Shown: positions 36,106 to 45,157 of the stretch, in pieces | How positions within the stretch are numbered: the first letter of the stretch is position 1 | Layout: each line of letters opens with the position of its first letter | Origin: a virus | DNA: 64,000 nucleotides | IMG/VR virus record: IMGVR_UViG_3300009702_000017 | Location: 36,315 to 100,314 of that record | Strand: one strand, 5' to 3' | The notes under the pieces: generated by a model | The model's input: only the letters and a program-made list of their open reading frames with translations | What the model was told of the DNA's origin: nothing | Database searches by the model: none | Program-made: the position numbers and the translations under genes

Positions 36106-38244
36106 ATGGAGCCAATCAGACTACGATACGTTCGAATGAAGGGCTTCCGCTCGTTTGTGGATGAGCAGGTTACGGAGCTTCCTCAGACCGGGAACATCCT
36201 ACTTCTAGGAGATTCTGGTGCAGGCAAGTCAACTCTCTTGCTTGCTATATCGTATGCCTTTGATTACTGTCCATTCCCCGCTTCTGCTCAGCAATCGTGG
36301 GGAAACTCCGATAAGATGGAGGTAGAGGTAGGGTTCACTTGTGACGAGGGCGACGGTGTAGTTACGAGAGGAGCCAAGCACGTACTGAAGATTGGGGGGG
36401 TCGTCCATACAGGTGCAGAGGACGTTAAGAATCAGCTGCAACGTATCCTAGGGCTTGACAAAGACCTTCGAGCGGCCCTCACCTACCGACCCCAGGATAC
36501 ACAGGGCATCTTGCTACCAAAGTCGAACTCACAGGTACAAGACTTCTTCACACACGTACTTGACCTTGAGAATGTCGTAGAAGGTATCTATGAGGCAACT
36601 AAGCGTGCTAATGACTTTGGGGAAGTAGAAAGGCTTGCGACAGAAAGCCTACTTTTGTCGGAGAATTACCTAAAGGTTGTCGAAAGCACCAAGGTAGTTC
36701 CCCTTGAGACGTTCAATCCAGAGCATATCGATGAGCAGATCAACGATAAGGTCAAGGAGATTGGGTTTACCAGAAATCGTATTGACGAGCTTTCTTCGCT
36801 CAAGGATCAACTGAACAGTGAAAAAGCGGAGATCGTCGCGCGTGTGACTGAACAATATGCATCAAAGATCGATGCTGTGAATTCGGGCCTTCCTTCTGAC
36901 GACGAAGACTATGTACGTGACGAGGGGGGACTTGACAAGCTATCTGTGTACCACATCACCATTGGCAACAAAATCCGTGAACTAGAAGAAGAAGATCGCC
37001 AAAGGCGAGAAGAGCATGATGCTGGTTTACAGAAGCTTGTGGATAAAAAGAGCGATTGCCTTAGGAGTGCCGACAAAGAGTCGCACCTCTTGGAGGAAGA
37101 AAACAGAGTCAGGTCTGAGATTGAAAATCTGCGTAATCAAAAGTGCCCGACTTGCCATAGGGTATGGGAGATCGCAGAAGAACACCTAATGGCCCATGAA
37201 AACAGATTACAGGAAATCGGAAGGGATCTAGCTCAGGTTCTTTCAGATAAGGCTCACGCCAACGACCTTGAAAAGGAGATTAGCGAGTACCCAGACTTCA
37301 TCCCTAATGAGAATATTCAGCGCTTTTCTGAAACTCGGAAGAAGGTCGAGGCTAAGATCATTGAAGAGAAGAGTCGATTGGATAACGAGGAACGGAATTT
37401 CAAAGCACAGAAGGAAGCCAGGAAGAATACCATTCTACTCGCAGTCAAGGAGCTTGAAGAACAAAGGGACAGGCAACTCAAACACGAAATCGAGGAGCAA
37501 GGGATTGACCACCAACTAGAGACCGTAGAAGCTATGGCCGAGAAACAAAACAGTCTCGTCCATGAGTTGGAGAAGCAGGTAGCAGAGCTAAAGGGCGAAA
37601 AGAATGTGGTAGTAGCGAAGATGGAGGCAAACAAGCGTGAACACGAGGCTTCAACGAAGCTGCTCATGGAAGCGCAGAGCGCTATATCTGACTACCGCAA
37701 TCGGTATTCGACAGCCCTAGCAAAAAAGAACAAGGAGCTTGACTTCATTGCCTTGTCCAAGGGGTTCATGACCAATATCCTCAACGAGGTCCTGTCGTCC
37801 ATCAGCGACGAAACGAATCGTATCCTTGCGGCTGTCCCCAATACGGCACACGTCACCTTCCACTACGAAACGGAACGGGAGACAAAGAAAGGAAGTACGA
37901 AACTTGGCATTGTTCCAATGGTCGAGGTATCTGGACACGACGCCTCTAACATTCGTTCTGGGCTCTCTGGAGGGATGATGTCTGTAGTCAGTCTAGCAGT
38001 AGACCTAGCGATGCGAAAGGTTGTCGGAGAGCGTACTGGAAGAAACCTTGGATGGTTGATGCTTGACGAATGTTTCAACGGCCTTGGTCCCAACGAGATG
38101 CAATCAGCACTAGAGATTATCTCCGAGTACGCATCCGATTGCCTTGTGTTGGTCGTACAACACGCTTCCGAATTCCAGGAAGCGTTTACCGACCGATTCT
38201 ATGTAGTGAACGAAAACGGAAAGAGTAGGATTACGCATGATTGA
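36106..38244 (+). CDS. SbcC/Rad50-like ATPase
   Basis: MKGFRSF, GDSGAGKST, long coiled coil with CPTC hook, LSGG, LDECF. Confidence 0.92.
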   Translation: MEPIRLRYVRMKGFRSFVDEQVTELPQTGNILLLGDSGAGKSTLLLAISYAFDYCPFPASAQQSWGNSDKMEVEVGFTCDEGDGVVTRGAKHVLKIGGVVHTGAEDVKNQLQRILGLDKDLRAALTYRPQDTQGILLPKSNSQVQDFFTHVLDLENVVEGIYEATKRANDFGEVERLATESLLLSENYLKVVESTKVVPLETFNPEHIDEQINDKVKEIGFTRNRIDELSSLKDQLNSEKAEIVARVTEQYASKIDAVNSGLPSDDEDYVRDEGGLDKLSVYHITIGNKIRELEEEDRQRREEHDAGLQKLVDKKSDCLRSADKESHLLEEENRVRSEIENLRNQKCPTCHRVWEIAEEHLMAHENRLQEIGRDLAQVLSDKAHANDLEKEISEYPDFIPNENIQRFSETRKKVEAKIIEEKSRLDNEERNFKAQKEARKNTILLAVKELEEQRDRQLKHEIEEQGIDHQLETVEAMAEKQNSLVHELEKQVAELKGEKNVVVAKMEANKREHEASTKLLMEAQSAISDYRNRYSTALAKKNKELDFIALSKGFMTNILNEVLSSISDETNRILAAVPNTAHVTFHYETERETKKGSTKLGIVPMVEVSGHDASNIRSGLSGGMMSVVSLAVDLAMRKVVGERTGRNLGWLMLDECFNGLGPNEMQSALEIISEYASDCLVLVVQHASEFQEAFTDRFYVVNENGKSRITHD

Positions 38245-38494
38245 GCTTACCATTCAGGAAGTGAATGAGATTAAGGGAATGGCAAGGACCAACCTCATTG
38301 ACTGGAACTATCTGGACCACCGTCTTCCAGATATGAAGCGCGAGCTACAGTACGAGGAGGCGTTCACGCTTGCTTACGTCGAGGCTGTATTGAATATCCT
38401 CAACAAGAAGGGGGCTATCAAGGACGGCTGGCTTGATGCTCATAAGATGGTCATGCGACCACCGCATGACTACGAAAGTATGTACAGTGAGTAA
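38237..38494 (+). CDS. hypothetical protein
   Basis: 85-aa coupled ORF. Confidence 0.65.
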   Translation: MIELTIQEVNEIKGMARTNLIDWNYLDHRLPDMKRELQYEEAFTLAYVEAVLNILNKKGAIKDGWLDAHKMVMRPPHDYESMYSE

Positions 38495-38495
38495 T

Positions 38496-38504
38496 CTCGC
38501 TGTA
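38496..38504 (+). promoter_or_regulatory. phage promoter motif CTCGCTGTA
   Basis: Intergenic, upstream of a GGAG RBS. Confidence 0.65.
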
Positions 38505-38533
38505 TACCTAGTGAACCCAAACTGGAGATAAAC

Positions 38534-38812
38534 ATGGCAGGAAGACCCAAGAAGGACCCATTCGCGGATTTGGATGATGCTTTCAAGGCAGCTGTACAAG
38601 AGAGCGATGACGCCACCATTCGGACGAAGATTACTGACGCCGCACTCTTTCGAGTGCAGGTCGAAGAGGCTCGAAAGGCAGACGTAGACCTTCAGATGAA
38701 GAAGGATGTCTTCCATGAAGCGGATGCCCCGTACAAGGATGATGTCAAGGCCGCTAACATGAAGATTCAGTATTGCCGAGAGGTGCTGAAGAGTCGCGGC
38801 AAGAATGTCTAG
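38534..38812 (+). CDS. hypothetical protein
   Basis: GGAG RBS; 92 aa. Confidence 0.75.
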   Translation: MAGRPKKDPFADLDDAFKAAVQESDDATIRTKITDAALFRVQVEEARKADVDLQMKKDVFHEADAPYKDDVKAANMKIQYCREVLKSRGKNV

Positions 38813-38825
38813 TCGTAGCAGCAAC

Positions 38826-38876
38826 ACCACCACAAGACTGCGTAGGATCTACCGGTCTTGTGGTGGTATCTTTTTT
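38826..38876 (+). terminator. intrinsic terminator-like hairpin
   Basis: 13-bp stem ACCACCACAAGAC/GTCTTGTGGTGGT followed by ATCTTTTTT. Confidence 0.7.
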
Positions 38877-38885
38877 GGAGACATC

Positions 38886-39500
38886 ATGAATGTGCTTGCA
38901 CTAGACCTTTCAAGTAGCACCGGTTGGGCCGTTGTCCAAAGGGACAACGGAAAGTTTCGTCTTGTAGGGAAAGGGCTGATTGCTACAGGTCGGCCAGTGC
39001 TTGATTACGGAGATTACCCCTGGGCATACCTACATGTAGCAGGGCTGATTGCAAGTTCGGTGCTCTGCATTGCCAAGACATATCCTGTTGATCGCATTAT
39101 CATAGAGGAGACCAACAAGGGGCAGAATCGCTACCATCAAAAGCTACTGGAATTCATTCATTGTAGAGTGCTCGATGTACTTGGAGCCCACGGCCTGACC
39201 CATGTGTCATACGTCAATACAAAGGATTGGCGTAAGCAACTGGGAATCTCACTTTCGAAAGCTGACAAACGAGCGAACGCCAAGCTTTCCAAGGCTAAGC
39301 GGGTCGCCAATTCGATCGGCAGTAAACTAGACAAGAAGGCCCTTGGGATTAGTGGGCGCATCACCTGGAAGCATCTTTCGGTACGGTACGCCAACGAGCG
39401 ATACGGGCTCAATCTCAAGATTAAAGACAACGACATCGCAGACGCTATCTGTATTGGTACAGCATACCTAGATGGCGCTCCAATTTGCACAGGAAAGTAG
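38886..39500 (+). CDS. RuvC-like Holliday junction resolvase
   Basis: VLALDLSSSTGWA, IIIEE, DIADAICIG. Confidence 0.85.
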   Translation: MNVLALDLSSSTGWAVVQRDNGKFRLVGKGLIATGRPVLDYGDYPWAYLHVAGLIASSVLCIAKTYPVDRIIIEETNKGQNRYHQKLLEFIHCRVLDVLGAHGLTHVSYVNTKDWRKQLGISLSKADKRANAKLSKAKRVANSIGSKLDKKALGISGRITWKHLSVRYANERYGLNLKIKDNDIADAICIGTAYLDGAPICTGK

Positions 39501-39503
39501 CGT

Positions 39504-41474
39504 ATGGCAATTATAGATCTACCCGCACATCAACGATTCTCTCTTTCGGAACAATTCCTAGGTGAGTACAAGCAACGTAAGGTAGAGTGGGGTCCGTTGG
39601 GGGAGATCACGTTTCGGCGCACCTACTCGAGAGAGAAGGAGGACGGAACCCAAGAAGAGTGGTGGGAGACTGTACGGCGTGTTGTCGAAGGTACCTATAC
39701 CGTGCAGAAGTGGCATTGTCGCCGGTTTAATCTTCCCTGGGACAACCGGAAGGCTCAGAACTCTGCCCAGAACATGTTTGACCTCATCTTCACCTTCAGG
39801 TTCACTCCTTCTGGACGTGGACTTTGGATGATGGGTACGGACTATGTGTACGATCGCGGGAGCGCAGCCTTGAACAACTGTGGCTTCGTTTCCACAGAGC
39901 ACATCAAAAATGACTTTGCAGATCCTTTCTGTTGGCTCATGGACATGAGCATGCTTGGAGTTGGTGTCGGAGGGAACACTGACGGTGCTGAGTCTATGAA
40001 GATTGTAGAGCCTCGGCTCGGTGATGACGTGCATGTCGTAGAAGACACCAGAGAAGCCTGGGTAGAACTTGTTCGCCGTGCGCTCAACTCCTATGTCGGC
40101 AAGGGATCTTGGCCTGCCTCTATCGATTATAGCAACGTACGACCAGAGGGTACTTTAATTCGAGGCTTTGGAGGAACGGCAAGCGGACCAGAACCACTCA
40201 AGAAGCTTGTCGAAGTGGACATCCCAGCAATCCTGGATTCACTCATCGGTTCCCACATCGATAGCACAGCTATTGTGGACCTTTTCAACGTGATTGGTGT
40301 TTGCGTTGTGAGCGGTAATGTGCGTCGTAGCGCAGAGATCATGATCGGAGATCCACACGATGCAGACTTCATCAACATGAAGGATCCTGTTCTCTGCGGT
40401 GAAGAACTGGCGTCTCACCGATGGGCTTCCAATAATAGTGTATACGCTGAAGTTGGGATGGACTACAGACCGCATGCTCGTGCTACCGCACAAAACGGGG
40501 AGCCCGGCTACGTTTGGATGGAGAATGCACGCAAGTATGGTCGTATGGCAGACCCGCCTGATTACGCTGACACTAGAGCCGTAGGAGTTAATCCCTGTGG
40601 TGAGCAGACCCTTGAAGACAGGGAGCTATGCTGTCTTGTAGAGACTTACCCAAGTAGGCATGATAAGTTCTCTGACTACAAGCGCACGCTCAAGTACGCA
40701 TATCTGTATGCCAAGACTGTCACGCTTATCCCAACACACTCACCGACTACCAACGCCGTCCAGATGCGCAATCGAAGGATTGGTACAAGTCAGTCTGGTA
40801 TTATTGAGAACATCCAAAAGATTGGTCGTCAAGGTCATATTGAGTGGTGTGACAATGGGTACAAGTACCTTCGAGAGCTTGACGTAGTTTACTCTGACTG
40901 GCTCTGCGTGCCTAGGAGTCGCAAGATCACATCCGTCAAGCCCAGTGGGACCGTCAGCTTGCTTCCTGGCGTGACTCCGGGCATCCACTATCCTCACAGC
41001 TTGCACTACTACCGAACAATCCGTGTGAGCAATACCAGCCCCCTTGTTAAGGCCCATAAGGACGCTGGTTATCGAGTGGAGGAGGACAAGTACAGTCCCA
41101 ATACCTCTGTCATCTACTTCCCTGTGAAGGAGCGCTCTTTTGATCGGAGCAAGGATCAAGTGACCATGTGGGAACAGCTTGAGAATGCTTCTATGATGCA
41201 AGAGTGGTGGGCCGACAATCAGGTGTCCATTACGGTCACATTCAACCAGAACGAAGCCAAGGACATTGCACGGGCACTAGATGTATTCCAGTCCAAGTTG
41301 AAGGCTGTCTCATTCTTACCTATTCGCGATCACCAGTATGAGCAGGCGCCGTATATTGAGATCAATGAGGAGGAATACGATAGGGCAGTCGCAGCAATTC
41401 GGACAGTCAACTACGAGAACTCGGATCATGAGGTGACAGAGCGATTCTGTGACGGAGACATCTGTATCATCTAA
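39504..41474 (+). CDS. nrdJ: class II (B12-dependent, monomeric RTPR-like) ribonucleotide reductase
   Basis: PSGRGLW, LNNCGF, GNVRRSA, NPCGEQ.L..RELCCL, TSVKPSGTVS, C-terminal ERFCDGDIC. Confidence 0.93.
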   Translation: MAIIDLPAHQRFSLSEQFLGEYKQRKVEWGPLGEITFRRTYSREKEDGTQEEWWETVRRVVEGTYTVQKWHCRRFNLPWDNRKAQNSAQNMFDLIFTFRFTPSGRGLWMMGTDYVYDRGSAALNNCGFVSTEHIKNDFADPFCWLMDMSMLGVGVGGNTDGAESMKIVEPRLGDDVHVVEDTREAWVELVRRALNSYVGKGSWPASIDYSNVRPEGTLIRGFGGTASGPEPLKKLVEVDIPAILDSLIGSHIDSTAIVDLFNVIGVCVVSGNVRRSAEIMIGDPHDADFINMKDPVLCGEELASHRWASNNSVYAEVGMDYRPHARATAQNGEPGYVWMENARKYGRMADPPDYADTRAVGVNPCGEQTLEDRELCCLVETYPSRHDKFSDYKRTLKYAYLYAKTVTLIPTHSPTTNAVQMRNRRIGTSQSGIIENIQKIGRQGHIEWCDNGYKYLRELDVVYSDWLCVPRSRKITSVKPSGTVSLLPGVTPGIHYPHSLHYYRTIRVSNTSPLVKAHKDAGYRVEEDKYSPNTSVIYFPVKERSFDRSKDQVTMWEQLENASMMQEWWADNQVSITVTFNQNEAKDIARALDVFQSKLKAVSFLPIRDHQYEQAPYIEINEEEYDRAVAAIRTVNYENSDHEVTERFCDGDICII

Positions 41475-41490
41475 TGTTTGGTCATTGTTT

Positions 41491-41499
41491 CTCGCTGTA
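41491..41499 (+). promoter_or_regulatory. phage promoter motif CTCGCTGTA
   Basis: Intergenic, upstream of AGGAG. Confidence 0.65.
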
Positions 41500-41518
41500 T
41501 CAAGAGTAGGAGAACATT

Positions 41519-42406
41519 TTGACATTCAGTTTTGACCCAGACGAATTCGCTCCTCTAGAAGATGATTCGAGCTACGAGAAAATCTACGATGAGCCGGACA
41601 CTCAACCAATGGGTGTAGCAGATGTAGCGCAGTCAGTGTTGGAGGAACTTGACAACGTTCCAGACGAGGATGACTTTGGGATCGAAGACCTGACTGAAGT
41701 TACCAAACGGTTGGATGTGGCGTCGTACTACCGAACCCTTTTGGATAGTCGCATCTTCAACGACCCATCCCAAGCCGCACTCATTGTAGAGAGTCGTATT
41801 CGGAAGTTTGTTCGTTCTGAACTAGATATCCTACTTGGGATCAAGCCTCAGCAAGTCGCGGCCCCGCCTCAGAGTACATTTTCCTCAGAAGAGGTAGAGG
41901 CATTGAAGGCCATCGCAAGCAGGTTGCTGGGTGGAGGTAGAGGCAATCTTGGGCCTCCACAACAGCCTCGCGGCCCTGTAGTGAACCGTGTTGATCCCCC
42001 AAAATCTCGGAGAACACCTACCCTTGCTGGACCTTCAAGTCAGCCTAAGGCCAATCTCCCAAGGCGTAAGGAGAAGGCGACTCCGAAGAAGAAGCCGCAA
42101 CCAAAGAAGCCACAACAGCCCAACCCCGCTCGGGATCCCAACAAGGCATACAGAACCAACGAAACGAATAATAAGGGGGAGCAGATCATTCGCAAGGGAC
42201 ACAAGAAGTATGTGGAGCGAGTCGCTGATAATGGGAAGAAGTATCTAGCTGATATTACTCCGCAGCTAACAAGCCCCGCTCGAATTCCAATGCCCTCTAA
42301 GGCAGCTTTCGAATCGGCCATGCAGGCAGAGGCACAAAACCAGATTGCCTTCCTATCAAAGCAACCAATTCAAACACAGCTAGCGGTACAGCTAGTACAA
42401 CAATAA
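41519..42406 (+). CDS. hypothetical protein (acidic N-terminus, Pro/Lys-rich C-terminus)
   Basis: TTG start with AGGAG RBS. Confidence 0.7.
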   Translation: MTFSFDPDEFAPLEDDSSYEKIYDEPDTQPMGVADVAQSVLEELDNVPDEDDFGIEDLTEVTKRLDVASYYRTLLDSRIFNDPSQAALIVESRIRKFVRSELDILLGIKPQQVAAPPQSTFSSEEVEALKAIASRLLGGGRGNLGPPQQPRGPVVNRVDPPKSRRTPTLAGPSSQPKANLPRRKEKATPKKKPQPKKPQQPNPARDPNKAYRTNETNNKGEQIIRKGHKKYVERVADNGKKYLADITPQLTSPARIPMPSKAAFESAMQAEAQNQIAFLSKQPIQTQLAVQLVQQ

Positions 42407-42426
42407 CCATAACCAGGAGAACGCAA

Positions 42427-43038
42427 ATGCCAGCACCTAGCAATCCACTGAAGAAGATTTCGCAGAAGAACAAGACCGCCAACATCAGCAAGCGTCTAAA
42501 AGACCTTGAAGACAACTTCGACCAGCTTGTGAATAACATCAACAACTCACTTCGAATTGCGGACAATCGTCTGCGTGAGCACCGTGAGGTTCTTGACGCA
42601 GTTGTATCACAGTATGGCGAAGAGGAAATCGCCCAGCTGATTATCCAGCGTCGTCAGGACAAGGCAATGCAGGAAGCTCAGGCGGCCAAGGAGAGTCTTG
42701 AGGAAGCTCTCAAGGAAGGCAGGATTGTCGAGGTCGAAGAGATTGGCGATGACACCATCATTGCAGGTCACCAAGAGGATGAGAATGGAGAGGTAGTTCC
42801 TCCTGGGTATGCCCAGTTCACGATGGCTCAGGTAAACCCAGACTTTCAGGATACCATCCGATCGAAGACTGTTGGGGAAGTGGTAGACGCAGACGGTGGC
42901 CAGAAGTTCGTTATCACTGGTCTATATGAGGCTGCTCCAGAGCCTCCTCCGGCTGAAGAAACAAGTGTATCCGCGTCTGATGAAGAGGAGATCGCAGAGG
43001 AAGCGCAAGGTACGGAAGACGTTGTAGACGCGGAGTAG
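42427..43038 (+). CDS. hypothetical acidic coiled-coil protein
   Basis: AGGAG RBS; 203 aa. Confidence 0.75.
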   Translation: MPAPSNPLKKISQKNKTANISKRLKDLEDNFDQLVNNINNSLRIADNRLREHREVLDAVVSQYGEEEIAQLIIQRRQDKAMQEAQAAKESLEEALKEGRIVEVEEIGDDTIIAGHQEDENGEVVPPGYAQFTMAQVNPDFQDTIRSKTVGEVVDADGGQKFVITGLYEAAPEPPPAEETSVSASDEEEIAEEAQGTEDVVDAE

Positions 43039-43044
43039 TAACAA

Positions 43045-43090
43045 GATACCCCTGGGATCGTACTCCATTCGGTGAGATCCCAGGGGTATC
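43045..43090 (+). terminator. long intergenic hairpin (terminator or processing site)
   Basis: Perfect 15-bp stem GATACCCCTGGGATC/GATCCCAGGGGTATC, 16-nt loop, then TATTATTT. Confidence 0.6.
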
Positions 43091-43107
43091 TATTATTTAG
43101 GAGCAAC

Positions 43108-44547
43108 ATGTTTTCAGTACAAGAGACGCAAAGGGTCATTGTAGAGCTTGCCGGCAAAATGGGTAAGCATCCGTCAGAGGTTCTTCAGCGAGAGTACAGG
43201 GAGTATTCTGGCGAGAGTAAGCGCTCTTGTGCACGCTTCGTTCCGTGGAAGGAGACGCTTCTCGAATGGTTCCCGGAAGACGAATCGTTTGAGCCAGAAG
43301 AAAGCCCTCTAGACCTTCTTTCGGTTGCCGCACGAAACAAGTATAACCTTCCGGGTGTAAACTGGAAGGGACAGACAGACAAGCAAAAGAAGCAAGAATT
43401 CAATGAGTCAATGGGGCACGTAGCGCAGATGCTACGGGACATCGCAGCGGATCCAGACAAGGAAATGAGAGATAAGCGGGCCGCTAGATACATTAAGTTC
43501 CTTACTCAGGATGAATCGACCTACCTGGGGAAGAGACTGGCTCGCTCGGTCTCGATTGGTCACGCTCGCGAAATGCTCTTCTTCAAGCGTTTTGAATCTT
43601 TTGCTCGTGAAGCCTTTGCTGACAAGATCGTAATCAAGGGTGGCTATGCGAAGAAGAAGAGTAGGGCTCCTGTAAAGCGTATCGTTACGCTTGGATTGTC
43701 CGATCTACATATAGGAGCCACTCTTGAGCCCGATGAGCATCCATCCCCCTACGACTTCTTACGTGCATCTCGTCGCATGGCTGCGTTGACTCTTCAGGCA
43801 GCAGACTACAAGAGCCAATACAGAGACAACACTGTCCTAAATCTCCTCTTCAATGGGGATGTGATTGAGGGTCTCTTGCAGCATGACCAGAACGACGGTG
43901 CCCCTCTAGAAGAGCAGTGCACAGCCTTTACTCGCTTTAGCGCAGATATGATTGCGTACCTAGCGGGGGCGTTCCCAGAAGTGTACATCTGGTTCCAGCC
44001 CGGCAACCACGGACGCAATAAGCTACGCCATCCCGGGAGAGCTACGAATCAGAAGTGGGATAGCACAGAGACCATTTTGTACAAGTTCTTGGAGCAACTA
44101 TTCGAGAAGACGCCGAATGTCCATATTGACATTCGTAAGCCAGCTGTTTCGGTCATCCCCCTCTTCAACAAGCATATGCTGATGACTCATGGCGACACAG
44201 AACTAAAGCTTGGATCTCCAAGCACTCAAGCATTCTTGTATGAACAAGAACTAGATCGCATCAACGCCAAGCAGACCTATGGTCCGCATCATATCGACCT
44301 TTTGTTTACGGGGCATTACCACGATCCCAAGCACATGCCCTTCAAGAACTCGGAGGTCATTACCAACGGTGCTCTGGTTCCATCAAATGGCTTTGCCAGG
44401 AGCAGTGGCCACGATGGACCTACCGGTCAATGGATCTGGGAGTCAGTCGAAGGACATGTTGTTGGTGACGAGCGCTTTGTTCGAGTTGGAGAACGGGACG
44501 ACGAAGACTCAACCCTCGATCAAATCGTGAAGCCTTACGCATGGTAG
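43108..44547 (+). CDS. calcineurin-like metallophosphoesterase/exonuclease
   Basis: SDLHIG, NGDVIEG, GNHGR, THGD, GHYH. Confidence 0.85.
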   Translation: MFSVQETQRVIVELAGKMGKHPSEVLQREYREYSGESKRSCARFVPWKETLLEWFPEDESFEPEESPLDLLSVAARNKYNLPGVNWKGQTDKQKKQEFNESMGHVAQMLRDIAADPDKEMRDKRAARYIKFLTQDESTYLGKRLARSVSIGHAREMLFFKRFESFAREAFADKIVIKGGYAKKKSRAPVKRIVTLGLSDLHIGATLEPDEHPSPYDFLRASRRMAALTLQAADYKSQYRDNTVLNLLFNGDVIEGLLQHDQNDGAPLEEQCTAFTRFSADMIAYLAGAFPEVYIWFQPGNHGRNKLRHPGRATNQKWDSTETILYKFLEQLFEKTPNVHIDIRKPAVSVIPLFNKHMLMTHGDTELKLGSPSTQAFLYEQELDRINAKQTYGPHHIDLLFTGHYHDPKHMPFKNSEVITNGALVPSNGFARSSGHDGPTGQWIWESVEGHVVGDERFVRVGERDDEDSTLDQIVKPYAW

Positions 44548-44551
44548 CGGT

Positions 44552-44932
44552 ATGTCCATCGAACACGAACAGGCCAAGTTGATTAGAGTTCAAGGAGCGC
44601 TGAAGGTACTTGGGGCACGCGAGACCGAAACGTACTTTGAGATAAAGGAACGGAAAGAACTCATCGAAGACGTCGATCGTGGACTAAGTAGACTGCGTAC
44701 CAACAGAAGGGCAATGAAGAGGAGCAAAGTTGTATCTCTTGAGACCTACTCGTATACGCTTTCGCTTATGACCGCCAAGATCAAGTCAAGGCGTGAAGCG
44801 AACGAACAGTTGAACAATGCTATTGCAAAGCTCCAACGGGTTAAGAAGGAAATCGAGGAAAAGTCCAAGGAGCTAGAAAAAGTGAATGAAACGATCCGTG
44901 GATATGGAAACGTATTGGAGTTCAAAAAATGA
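44552..44932 (+). CDS. coiled-coil hypothetical protein
   Basis: 126-aa ORF in operon. Confidence 0.65.
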   Translation: MSIEHEQAKLIRVQGALKVLGARETETYFEIKERKELIEDVDRGLSRLRTNRRAMKRSKVVSLETYSYTLSLMTAKIKSRREANEQLNNAIAKLQRVKKEIEEKSKELEKVNETIRGYGNVLEFKK

Positions 44933-45150
44933 CAGACGACGAAGCAAAGCAGCAGATACTCACTGACCCCGATTTCGTTTATTCAAAGAGGTTCAACTTC
45001 TCTCTTGAGAAGCTGATGGATCGGTACGTTGATGGGCCACCTAAGCGCATTCAGGCACAAGTTCTAATGATCACGGAAAATGAACTAGAGGAAATCTACG
45101 AGCAAGCCATTCAGAAGCTCCGAAAGTTCATGAATGTAAACGCGCTGTAA
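44929..45150 (+). CDS. hypothetical protein
   Basis: ATGA coupling. Confidence 0.65.
   Translation: MTDDEAKQQILTDPDFVYSKRFNFSLEKLMDRYVDGPPKRIQAQVLMITENELEEIYEQAIQKLRKFMNVNAL
45141..45149 (+). promoter_or_regulatory. promoter motif variant CGCGCTGTA (leaderless geometry)
   Basis: 8 nt before the dnaE ATG 45158. Confidence 0.6.
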
Positions 45151-45157
45151 CTAAGTT

